Positions 26,529 through 33,841 of a stretch of DNA of 40,000 nucleotides are shown piece by piece. The notes beneath the pieces were generated by a model. The model made no database searches. It was given only the letters and a program-made list of their open reading frames with translations, and was not told the DNA's origin. The stretch lies in assembly GCF_021028995.1 (NCBI RefSeq), contig NZ_JAJJZG010000002.1, forward strand, positions 290,468-330,467, read 5' to 3'. This stretch comes from Halobacterium sp. KA-4 (GTDB lineage: Archaea; Halobacteriota; Halobacteria; Halobacteriales; Halobacteriaceae). Each line of letters begins with the position of its first letter. Position 1 is the first letter of the stretch. The position numbers and the translations under genes were made by a program.

Positions 26529-26575
26529 TGCATACGCGGCGGTAGTCGAAGACCAGTAAAAATGATTGCGGTCGG

Positions 26576-27460
26576 TTACTCGTCGGGGCGTTTGGTCTCC
26601 TCGTCCGACCGCGGCGACGCGTTCTCGACGACGTAGTCGTACAGCGACTCGGGGTCGACATCCGCGCCCTGCCGCGCGAAGAAATTCGCGATATTCCGGC
26701 AGTCCCGCTGCAGGAACTCGTCGTGTTTGTTGTGGTGGATGGTGACCGCCTGCCCGACGTCGATGACGACGAGTTCGCCGTCGTACACCACGAGGTTGTA
26801 CTCCGAGAGGTCGCCGTGCACGAGGCCCGCGTCGTACAGCCGGCGGATGTACTCGCGGACGACCTCGTAGGCCGTCTCGGGGTTGTCGACGTCGACGTCG
26901 TTCAGCGTCGGCGCGGCGTCGCCCTCCTGCCCGATGAGTTCCATCACGAGCACGTTTCGCTGGACCGCGATGGGTTCGGGGACGCGTACGCCGGCCTCGC
27001 GGGCGCGCTGGAGGTTCGCGAACTCCTTGCGCGTCCACGACAACACGACGGCCTTCTTGTCGCCGCGAATCCCCTCGAAGCGCGGGTCGCCCTCGAGGTA
27101 GCCCCGCATCTGCTTGAAATTCGACGCGTTGATGCGGTAGACTTTGACCGCGACGTCGCCGCCATCGTGGTCGAGCGCCTCGTAGACGTTGGCCTCCTTC
27201 CCGGTCGAAATCGGGCCGCCGAACGCGCCCACGTAGCCGTCCTCGACGAGCTTGTAGATGGCCGCGTACGTCGCGTCGTCGAACGCGCCGTCGTCGAGCT
27301 TGAACCGCTCGTTGTCCTTCAGGCGCTTCCGGAACTCCGCGAACTCCCGGTCCTGTCTGCGCGCGATACGGTCCGCCTCCGTGTCCGAGACGTCGATTTC
27401 CTCGAACTCGTCGCCGGACGCTCCCTCGGTGTCCTCGGCGAGACCGAACCCGTCGGTCAC
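26576..27460 (-). CDS. rio1: RIO-type serine/threonine protein kinase
   Basis: RIO kinase core (STGKEANVY...VHGDLSEYN...IDVGQAV). Start taken as the GTG at 27460 (VTDGFGL...), 10 nt after the aIF1A stop. An in-frame GTG at 27493 is an alternative that overlaps aIF1A. Confidence 0.8.
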   Translation of the reverse strand: MTDGFGLAEDTEGASGDEFEEIDVSDTEADRIARRQDREFAEFRKRLKDNERFKLDDGAFDDATYAAIYKLVEDGYVGAFGGPISTGKEANVYEALDHDGGDVAVKVYRINASNFKQMRGYLEGDPRFEGIRGDKKAVVLSWTRKEFANLQRAREAGVRVPEPIAVQRNVLVMELIGQEGDAAPTLNDVDVDNPETAYEVVREYIRRLYDAGLVHGDLSEYNLVVYDGELVVIDVGQAVTIHHNKHDEFLQRDCRNIANFFARQGADVDPESLYDYVVENASPRSDEETKRPDE

Positions 27461-27470
27461 CGCCGACCCA

Positions 27471-27758
27471 TTATTTGATGTGTCCTTCTTCACGTAGTTG
27501 GTCCGCCTCCGATTTCTCGTATCGCCACACGACGTCGGCCTTCTCGTCCTGCCAATCCCACGGCTCGACGAGCACGACGTCGCCTTCCCGAATCCAGATG
27601 CGCTTCTGCATCCGGCCGGGGATGCGGGCGGTCCGCTCCTCCCCGTCCGCGCAACGAACCCGGACGCGGTTCGCGCCGAGCATGTCTGTGACTTCCGCGA
27701 ACACCTCGTCGTCCTCGGGCATCCGAAGGTTCGTGCGTCCACCTTCGTCGTCGCTCAT
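27471..27758 (-). CDS. eif1a: Translation initiation factor aIF1A
   Basis: Internal ATG at 27758 ([23 protein letters not shown]...). S1-like OB fold ([28 protein letters not shown]). Confidence 0.9.
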   Translation of the reverse strand: MSDDEGGRTNLRMPEDDEVFAEVTDMLGANRVRVRCADGEERTARIPGRMQKRIWIREGDVVLVEPWDWQDEKADVVWRYEKSEADQLREEGHIK

Positions 27759-27781
27759 GGGCGCGAATAGGACAGCGAGCG

Positions 27782-27789
27782 GTTTAAAC
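27782..27789 (-). promoter_or_regulatory. aIF1A TATA-like box (GTTTAAAC)
   Basis: A palindromic AT-rich octamer inside GGTTTAAACC, 24-31 nt upstream of the ATG at 27758. Confidence 0.5.
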
Positions 27790-27864
27790 CCTGTACAATT
27801 CGGGGTGTACACAACCCCACGCGGGACCAGTACGCTTACCCTCGTGGTGGCGCTCGTCCCGCAC

Positions 27865-28041
27865 ATGCTCGACAAACTCGGCCTCTCCGGGCTGTTCGGC
27901 GTCCTGCTGATTCTCGCCGGCATCGGCGTCGTCGCGTGGAACGCCCCCATCGTCGCCGCTGGTCTCGTCCTCGTCCTGCTCGGCCTCGCACTCGTCGTGC
28001 GTCGCGCCGCCAAGTCCGTCATGGGGATGTTCGGGTTCTAG
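27865..28041 (+). CDS. Small two-TM membrane protein (58 aa, putative)
   Basis: ATG at 27865 ([25 protein letters not shown]...). Hydrophobic. The stop TAG lies at the centre of the 14-nt palindrome GGGTTCTAGAACCC. Confidence 0.5.
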   Translation: MLDKLGLSGLFGVLLILAGIGVVAWNAPIVAAGLVLVLLGLALVVRRAAKSVMGMFGF

Positions 28042-28245
28042 AACCCACTTTTTGCCAGGGAGAACGTCAGAGGCGCCCTCCCTGGCAAGAACTTGCGGCA
28101 AAACACTCCTCGCCCCCGTCGTCTGCAGGCGACCTGTGAGTCGCCCACAGGCCCGAGGGGCGGCTCCGTCGTCCCTCTCTGGTCGCTCGATGAATCGCGG
28201 TGCTCGGGTCTGTCAGACTGCTCGCACCGCGAATGCTCGCAACGG
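28042..28245 (+). repeat. Stop-adjacent T-tract/hairpin intergenic repeat, copy D
   Basis: Core 28042-28111: AACCCACTTTTTGC, stem TTGCCAGGGAG/CTCCCTGGCAA, then GCAAGAACTTGCGGCAAAACACTCCTC. The tail carries GATGAATCGCGG and GAATGCTCG (28231-28239). Confidence 0.85.
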
Positions 28246-28331
28246 CGGTTGGATGGCAGAACGAGAGAAGTCGCTGTTTTCGCGGGACGACAGAGAGGCA
28301 GAGAAGTGAAAGTATCGGTGAGCAGCGAGCG

Positions 28332-28757
28332 TTACTCGTCGTCTTCGGTGGTCGTCTCGTCGACGTCGGCTTCACCCTCGTAGATTTTCGCGCCGTCCTG
28401 CACGACCTTCTCGGAGAGCACCGCGCACTTCACGCGCATCGGCGTCACTTCGACACCGAGCATGTCGAGGACGTCGTCGGTGTCGAGGTCTTTCACTTCG
28501 TCGAGGGTCATCCCCGGGAGCTTCTGCGTGAGCATGCTCGCGGAGGCCTGACTGATGGCGCAGCCGTCGCCGCGGAACGCCACGCGCTCGATCGTCTCCC
28601 CGTCGTCTTCGAGCTTCACGTCGAACTCCAGTTCGTCGCCACACGAGGGGTTGTAGCCGTCGTGGGAGAACGTCGCGTCGCCGAGCTCGCCGTGGTTCCG
28701 GGGGTTGCGGTAGTGGTCGAGAATCTGCTGCCGGTACATGTCCGAGCCCATACTCAT
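28332..28757 (-). CDS. iscU: IscU/SufU-like Fe-S cluster scaffold protein
   Basis: ATG at 28757 (MSMGSDMYRQQILDHYRNPRN). Conserved cysteines occur in NPSCGD, GDGCAIS and VKCAVL. Confidence 0.85.
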   Translation of the reverse strand: MSMGSDMYRQQILDHYRNPRNHGELGDATFSHDGYNPSCGDELEFDVKLEDDGETIERVAFRGDGCAISQASASMLTQKLPGMTLDEVKDLDTDDVLDMLGVEVTPMRVKCAVLSEKVVQDGAKIYEGEADVDETTTEDDE

Positions 28758-28776
28758 ATTGAGCGTTCGTAGGGCA

Positions 28777-28804
28777 GAACGCCGTAAAAACGTTCCGCGG
28801 AACG
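28777..28804 (-). promoter_or_regulatory. iscU promoter: TATA box nested in GAACG/CGTTC inverted repeats
   Basis: Plus strand reads GAACG-ccgtaaaaa-CGTTC-CG-CGGAACG. GTTTTTAC on the minus strand lies 26-27 nt from the ATG. CGTTCCGCGGAACG at 28791-28804 is a perfect 14-nt palindrome. Confidence 0.55.
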
Positions 28805-28821
28805 ACACACCAGAGAGAGTT

Positions 28822-29084
28822 AGCATCCGCGAGTGAGCGGTCCGAAGGACCCGAAACTGAGGAGACCTCCGGTCTGCTTGCCCCTCGTGAGTGAAACGAA
28901 CGAGGACGAAGGGGTTCACCGCGAGCCGGAGGCTCGCTGGCCGACGACTGAGGGGCGCGAGGCACTACGCGCCTCGGAATGCGCGAACGGCGTCGCCGTG
29001 AGCGCGAAGCGGACCGAAGGAGGAGTGCTTTCTCCGCAAGTTTTTGCAAGTGAGGCGCGCCGAACGCAGCAAAAAGTGCGTGCG
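28822..29084 (-). repeat. Stop-adjacent T-tract/hairpin intergenic repeat, copy E
   Basis: Core 29020-29084, read from the sufS TAG: CGCACGCACTTTTTGC, GGCGCGCC (one hairpin arm missing relative to copy B), then GCAAAAACTTGCGGAGAAAGCACTCCTCC. The tail carries CGCGCATTCCGAGGCGC, CAGTCGTCGGCC, GCGAGCC-TCC-GGCTCGC and GCGGATGCT. Confidence 0.85.
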
Positions 29085-30329
29085 CTAGTTGAAAATCTCC
29101 CGCGCGGCGTCCAGCGAGTCGACGAGCGCGTCGACTTCTTCTTTCGTGTTGTAGAGGTAGAACGAGGCGCGCACGGACGCAGCGATGTCGAGTTTCTGGT
29201 GGAGCGGCTGCGTGCAGTGGTCGCCGGCACGGATGGCGACGCCGTGGTCGTTCAGAATCGAGGCGAGGTCGTGGGCGTGGATGCCGTCGACGTTGAACGC
29301 GACGACGGCGCCACGGTCGTCCGCGGGGGGGCCGTAGATTTCCACGTCGTCGAATTCGTCGAGGCGCTCGTAAGCGTACTCGGTGATGCGTTCCTCGTGG
29401 GCCTGGATGGCTTCCATGCCGACGTCGTCAAGGTAGTCGGCGGCTTCCGCGAGCGCGATGCCCTGCGCGATGAGCGGCGTGCCGGCCTCGTACTTCCACG
29501 GCAGGTCGTTCCACGTGGTGTCCTCGAAGGAGACGCGCCGAATCATGTCGCCGCCGTAGAGGAACGGCTCCATGTCCTCCAGAATCTCCTGCTTGCCATA
29601 GAGCCCGCCGATGCCGGTCGGCCCCGCCATCTTGTGCCCGGAAAAGACGTAGAAGTCGACGTCGAGTTCCTTCACGTCGACGGGGCGGTTCGGGACGGAT
29701 TGCGCGCCGTCACCGAGGATGAGCGCGTCCTGCTCGTGGGCGAGGTCCGCGAGTTCGCGCATCGGGTTGACGGTGCCGAGGACGTTCGAGGCGTGCACCA
29801 CGGAGACCATCTCAACGTCCTCGTCGATGAGTTCCGCGGCGTGGTCCATGTCGAGGTAGCCGTTCTCGTCGACGCGGATGTAGCGGACTTCGGCGCCAAC
29901 CTTCTTCGCGATTTCGCGCCACGTCACGAACGACGAGTGGTGCTCCATCTCGGAGAGCACGACCGCGTCGCCCTCCGAGAGCTCGTTGAGCCCCCACGCG
30001 TACGCCACGAGGTTGATGGACTCGGTGGTGTTCTTCGTGAAAATCATCTCCTCGCGGCCGTCCGCGCCGACGAAGTCGGCGAGGCGGTCGTGGGCCTCCT
30101 CGTACGCGATGGAGGCTTCCTGACTGAGCTGGTGGATGCCGCGGTGGACGTTCGCGTTGTACCCGCGGTAGTAGTCCGAGAAGACGTCGACGACCTGCTC
30201 GGGCGTCTGCGTCGTCGCCGCGTTGTCGAGGTAGACGAGCCGCTGGCCGTCGCTGACCTCCCGGTCGAGGATGGGGAAGTCGGCCCGGATGGCGTCGACG
30301 TCGAGGGGGTCCTGCTCGGTGGCTTCCAT
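29085..30329 (-). CDS. sufS: Cysteine desulfurase (SufS/class V aminotransferase)
   Basis: PLP-lysine motif FSGHKMAGPTG and catalytic-cysteine loop RAGDHCTQP. 414 aa. Confidence 0.9.
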   Translation of the reverse strand: MEATEQDPLDVDAIRADFPILDREVSDGQRLVYLDNAATTQTPEQVVDVFSDYYRGYNANVHRGIHQLSQEASIAYEEAHDRLADFVGADGREEMIFTKNTTESINLVAYAWGLNELSEGDAVVLSEMEHHSSFVTWREIAKKVGAEVRYIRVDENGYLDMDHAAELIDEDVEMVSVVHASNVLGTVNPMRELADLAHEQDALILGDGAQSVPNRPVDVKELDVDFYVFSGHKMAGPTGIGGLYGKQEILEDMEPFLYGGDMIRRVSFEDTTWNDLPWKYEAGTPLIAQGIALAEAADYLDDVGMEAIQAHEERITEYAYERLDEFDDVEIYGPPADDRGAVVAFNVDGIHAHDLASILNDHGVAIRAGDHCTQPLHQKLDIAASVRASFYLYNTKEEVDALVDSLDAAREIFN

Positions 30330-30411
30330 TACAGTCGGATAAGAGGCGCGGACACTATTGTTCTTCGGTGCCGGGATCGCTGCCGGTATCGCTGACGCCC
30401 GAAAACAGGGA

Positions 30412-30702
30412 TTAGAGACGCATGAACTGCGCGTGCACGGTGCCGTCGAGGTCGAGCACGTTCGCTTCCTCGACGTGGCCCTCCTCGATGGCGAGGTCGA
30501 CGACGTCGACGCCGACGAGGTTCGCGACGTTCGCGCGGGCCAGCGATTCGCGGACGGCGTCCGGGTCGACGGTTTCGCCGCCGTAGAACTCCTCGTTCAC
30601 GGTGAACTCCGTGTCACCGTTGGCGAACGTCTCCCCGAGGACGTCCGGGTCGCATGCGGTGACGAGGAGGCCGCGGTCTGTCTGTCGCTCGCTGAGTATC
30701 AT
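30412..30702 (-). CDS. DUF424-like small protein
   Basis: ATG at 30702 overlaps the TGA of the upstream TPR gene by 1 nt. MILSERQTDRGLLVTACDPDVLGETF resembles the archaeal DUF424 family as I remember it. Confidence 0.65.
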   Translation of the reverse strand: MILSERQTDRGLLVTACDPDVLGETFANGDTEFTVNEEFYGGETVDPDAVRESLARANVANLVGVDVVDLAIEEGHVEEANVLDLDGTVHAQFMRL

Positions 30703-31463
30703 CACTCGCGCTCGACGAGGTCCCGCTCTTGGGCCTCCCGGATGTCTTCGGCTTGCTCGGCGACCTTCTGGGCTTCCTCGTCACGACCGAGCGCTTCGAG
30801 GGCGCGCTGCTTCTCCTCGTAGACGTCGGCCTGCTGGAAGCCCAGCCGGACGGCGTTGTTCAGCGCGTCGAGGGCCTGCTCGTGGCGGCTGCGCTCGTTC
30901 TCGATGAAGCCGAGGTTGTACCACGCCTGCGGGAGGCGGTCGTTCTTCCGGACGGCCTCCTCGGCGTGCTCGTAGGCTTGTTCGTCCTCGCTGAACTCCC
31001 AGAGCGCGTACGCGAGGTTCGTGTGGGCTTCCGCCTCGAAGTCGCCGTCCTCGGCGACGAAGATTGCTTCGCGGTGGGCGCCGACGGCCTCGTCCCACTC
31101 TTCCATCTGGCCGTGCGCGATGCCCTTGTTCACCCACGCCTCCTGCTCGATGTCCTCGTCGTCGGTGAAGCGTGCGGCGCGCTCGAAGGCGTCGGCGGCC
31201 TGCTCGTGGCGGTTGATGCCGAGGTAGCTGAGGCCGACGTCGATGAGTTCGTCGGCGTCGACGTCGTCGTTCTGGACGACGCGCTCGTCCAGGGAGTCGC
31301 TGACGACGCGGCTGTCGACGGGGTCGACGCTGGACGGGTCGTCGACGGAGAGCTCCGGCGGGTCGAGGTCGAACCCATCGTAGGGCTCGTCGAAGCCCTG
31401 CCCCTCGGAGAACTCGTGGTCGTCGGGTGCCTCGGGCGGCTCGGGCTCCTCTCGGTCAGTCAT
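30702..31463 (-). CDS. Acidic TPR-repeat protein
   Basis: Internal ATG at 31463 (MTDREEPEPPE...). Repeated A/W/Y-x-N-L/K-G TPR-like helices (WVNKGIAH, HTNLAYAL, WYNLGFIE). Confidence 0.75.
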   Translation of the reverse strand: MTDREEPEPPEAPDDHEFSEGQGFDEPYDGFDLDPPELSVDDPSSVDPVDSRVVSDSLDERVVQNDDVDADELIDVGLSYLGINRHEQAADAFERAARFTDDEDIEQEAWVNKGIAHGQMEEWDEAVGAHREAIFVAEDGDFEAEAHTNLAYALWEFSEDEQAYEHAEEAVRKNDRLPQAWYNLGFIENERSRHEQALDALNNAVRLGFQQADVYEEKQRALEALGRDEEAQKVAEQAEDIREAQERDLVERE

Positions 31464-31488
31464 ACACGCGTCTAGCGCGGCCGGGAGG

Positions 31489-31492
31489 TTAA
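31489..31492. promoter_or_regulatory. Shared TTAA core midway between divergent start codons
   Basis: GGTTAAGGG is the only AT-containing patch in the 54-nt gap 31464-31517. The TTAA centre (31490.5) equals the gap midpoint, about 26-28 nt from both ATGs. Confidence 0.45.
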
Positions 31493-31517
31493 GGGCAACG
31501 CACCGAGAACGGCCGGT

Positions 31518-32075
31518 ATGCGGCTGTTCGTCAGTGTCGACCTCCCCGACCGGCTCGCCGACGACGTAGCGGACCTGCAAGCCGAATTCGCCGACGCCGA
31601 GGGCCTGGACTTCGTGGACCCCAGCCAGACCCACGTGACGATGAAGTTCCTCGGCGAGGTTGAGGACGCCCGCGAGGACGAACTCGCGGATGCCCTGGGG
31701 CGCGCGGTCGACGAGAGCGGCGTCGAGCCGTTCGACGCGGAACTCGGCGGGCTCGGCGTGTTCCCGAGTCTCGACTATATCTCCGTGGTGTGGCTCGGCG
31801 TCGGCGACGGCAGCGCCGAACTCGCGCGGTTGCACGAGGCCATTGAGATGGAGTTCGTCGAGGAGCACGGCTTCGAGGCCGAGGAACACGACTTCACGCC
31901 CCACGTCACGCTCGCGCGGATGAAACACGCCGGCGGGAAGGAACTCGTCCAGGACCTCGTGCGCGACCGCCACCCCGAAGTCGGGACGATGCGCGTCTCC
32001 GAGGTCCGGCTCACGGAGAGCGTGCTCACCCACGAGGGCCCCGAGTACGAGACTGTCCACGCCGTCGACCTCTAG
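31518..32075 (+). CDS. thpR: RNA 2',3'-cyclic phosphodiesterase / 2'-5' RNA ligase family (2H phosphoesterase)
   Basis: Two HxT motifs are present: THVTMKF and PHVTLAR. Confidence 0.85.
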   Translation: MRLFVSVDLPDRLADDVADLQAEFADAEGLDFVDPSQTHVTMKFLGEVEDAREDELADALGRAVDESGVEPFDAELGGLGVFPSLDYISVVWLGVGDGSAELARLHEAIEMEFVEEHGFEAEEHDFTPHVTLARMKHAGGKELVQDLVRDRHPEVGTMRVSEVRLTESVLTHEGPEYETVHAVDL

Positions 32076-32140
32076 CGGCGGCGCTGACGCGGCTTCAGAA
32101 GAACAAGGTTTTAACGACGGCGGTGGTAGCGACGACCACT

Positions 32141-32293
32141 ATGGGCAAGAAATCGAAGGCGCAGAAGAAGCGACTGGCGAAACTCGAACGCCAGAACAGC
32201 CGCGTGCCCGCGTGGGTCATGATGAAGACGAATCGGGACGTCCAGCGTAACCCGAAGCGCCGCAACTGGCGGCGTAACGACACCGACGAATAA
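32141..32293 (+). CDS. rpl39e: 50S ribosomal protein L39e
   Basis: Not in the ORF track (50 aa). Hand translation gives [56 protein letters not shown] at 32109-32114 lies 27 nt upstream. The stop overlaps the next ATG (TAATG). Confidence 0.9.
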   Translation: MGKKSKAQKKRLAKLERQNSRVPAWVMMKTNRDVQRNPKRRNWRRNDTDE

Positions 32294-32571
32294 TGTCCGC
32301 CAGCGACTTCGAGGAGCGCATCGTCACCGTCCCACTGCGCGACGTGACGAAGGTGCCCCAACACGAGCAGGCCGGACAGGCGATGACCATCATCCGCGAA
32401 CACCTCGCGAAGCACTTCGCGGTCGAGGAGGACGAGGTCCGTCTGGACCCCTCCATCAACGAGGCCGTCTGGTCGGAAGGCCAGAAGAACCCGCCGCGGA
32501 AGGTCCGCGTGCACGCCGCGCGCTTCGTCGAGGACGGCGAGACCGTCGTCGAAGCCGAATACGAAGAGTAA
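32293..32571 (+). CDS. rpl31e: 50S ribosomal protein L31e
   Basis: [18 protein letters not shown]...PRKVRV is the characteristic L31e sequence. Position in the conserved operon supports the call. Confidence 0.9.
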   Translation: MSASDFEERIVTVPLRDVTKVPQHEQAGQAMTIIREHLAKHFAVEEDEVRLDPSINEAVWSEGQKNPPRKVRVHAARFVEDGETVVEAEYEE

Positions 32572-32575
32572 GAAC

Positions 32576-33241
32576 TTGTTACGCGCTGCCTTCCTCGGGT
32601 CCCCGTACGTCGGCGTCTTCGCCCGCGCGACCAACGACTGCGTCGTCGTCCGGCCGGACATCTCCGAGGAACTGACCGACGAACTCGCCGAGGAACTCGG
32701 CGTCCCCGCCGTTCCGACGAACGTCGGCGGCTCGTCGACGGTCGGCTCGCTAGTCGCGGGCAACTCCAACGGCCTGCTCGCGAGCAGCCGAATCCGGCAG
32801 CGCGAACGCGACCGCATCGAGGACGCCGCCGACGTCTCCGTCGGCGAACTCCCCGGACGCGTGAACGCCGCCGGCAACGTCGTCGTGGCGAACGACACGG
32901 GCGCGTACGTCCACTCGGAACTCTCGCGGGAGGCCGTTCAGGCTGTCGAGGACGCCCTCGACGTGCCCGTTACCCGTGGCCGACTCGCAGGCGTGAACAC
33001 GGTCGGCACCGCCGCCGTCGCGACGAACGACGGCGTGCTCTGCCACCCGAAGTCCACGGACGAGGAGCTCGACGCGATCGAGGACGCCCTCGGCGTCCCC
33101 GCGGACATCGGGACCGTGAATTACGGCGCGCCGCTGGTCGGCTCCGGGCTCGTCGCCAACGACAACGGCTACGTCGTCGGCGAGGACACTACCGGCCCCG
33201 AACTCGGGCGCATCGACGACGCGCTCGGCTTCATCGACTGA
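32576..33241 (+). CDS. eif6: Translation initiation factor aIF6
   Basis: [20 protein letters not shown] plus pentein repeats. The only available start is TTG at 32576. Confidence 0.9.
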   Translation: MLRAAFLGSPYVGVFARATNDCVVVRPDISEELTDELAEELGVPAVPTNVGGSSTVGSLVAGNSNGLLASSRIRQRERDRIEDAADVSVGELPGRVNAAGNVVVANDTGAYVHSELSREAVQAVEDALDVPVTRGRLAGVNTVGTAAVATNDGVLCHPKSTDEELDAIEDALGVPADIGTVNYGAPLVGSGLVANDNGYVVGEDTTGPELGRIDDALGFID

Positions 33242-33378
33242 CGATCCTCTCGACTTCGTTTTCCCCGGTTCTCTATCTCCGTCACGAGCGCTGTCGCCTG
33301 CGAGGGCGGGCGTCTCACACGCCGTCGCCGAGTTCCCGAGTAGGAAGATACTTCCCGCTCGCTCCCCGAATTTTGGGT

Positions 33379-33837
33379 ATGAGTCTTGGAGGCGGCGGCG
33401 GTCAACAGCAGCTTCAGCAGCTTTCACAGGAAATTCAGGCCCTCGAAGAGGAGAAAGAGGAGCTCGAAGAAGAAGTCGAGGCCCTCGAAGAGGAGAAAAT
33501 CGAGGTCGACGAGGCGCAGGAAGCGCTCGACGTCCTCGAAACCGGTTCGACCGTGCAGGTCCCGCTCGGCGGCGACGCGTACGTTCGCGCCGAAGTGCAG
33601 GACATGGACGAGGTCGTCGTCAGCCTTGGCGGCGGTTACGCGGCAGAGCAGGACGCCGACGACGCGGCCGACGTGCTCGACGAGAAGCGCGAAGCGCTTG
33701 ACGAGCGCATCGAGGACGTTCGCTCCGAAATCGCCGAAGTCGAGGAGGAGCAGTCCGCCCTCGAACAGCAGGCACAGCAGGCCCAGCAGCAGATGATGCA
33801 GCAGCAGATGCAGGCCCAGCAGCAGGACGGCGAATAA
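33379..33837 (+). CDS. pfdA: Prefoldin alpha subunit
   Basis: ATG at 33379. Coiled coil, then beta hairpins (VQVPLGGDAYVRAEV...VVVSLGGGYAAEQ), then coiled coil. Has a Q/M-rich tail. Confidence 0.85.
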   Translation: MSLGGGGGQQQLQQLSQEIQALEEEKEELEEEVEALEEEKIEVDEAQEALDVLETGSTVQVPLGGDAYVRAEVQDMDEVVVSLGGGYAAEQDADDAADVLDEKREALDERIEDVRSEIAEVEEEQSALEQQAQQAQQQMMQQQMQAQQQDGE

Positions 33838-33841
33838 GGGC

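Noticed and set aside
28246-28331. 86 nt between the end of repeat D and the iscU stop, considered as a second, head-to-head repeat copy. CGGTGAGCAGCGAGCG resembles GTCGGTGAGCGAGCGG at 21700-21715.
   Set aside because: Only one word of about 14 nt is shared. Its orientation relative to the respective elements is opposite, and no T-tract/hairpin core is present.
16456-29084. Possibility that the five repeats are a CRISPR array or a classical MITE.
   Set aside because: The copies are kilobases apart with genes between them, so they are not a CRISPR array. I could not find terminal inverted repeats or flanking direct duplications, so a TIR-type MITE is not supported. A hairpin-ended IS200/IS605-type derivative remains possible and is listed as a hypothesis only.
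33242-33378. Possible missing small ribosomal protein gene (LX/L18Ae) between aIF6 and pfdA.
   Set aside because: The 137-nt gap is shorter than such a gene and has no suitable ORF in any frame that I could read. It probably carries the pfdA promoter (GGAAG-ATA-CTTCC hairpin-like patch).
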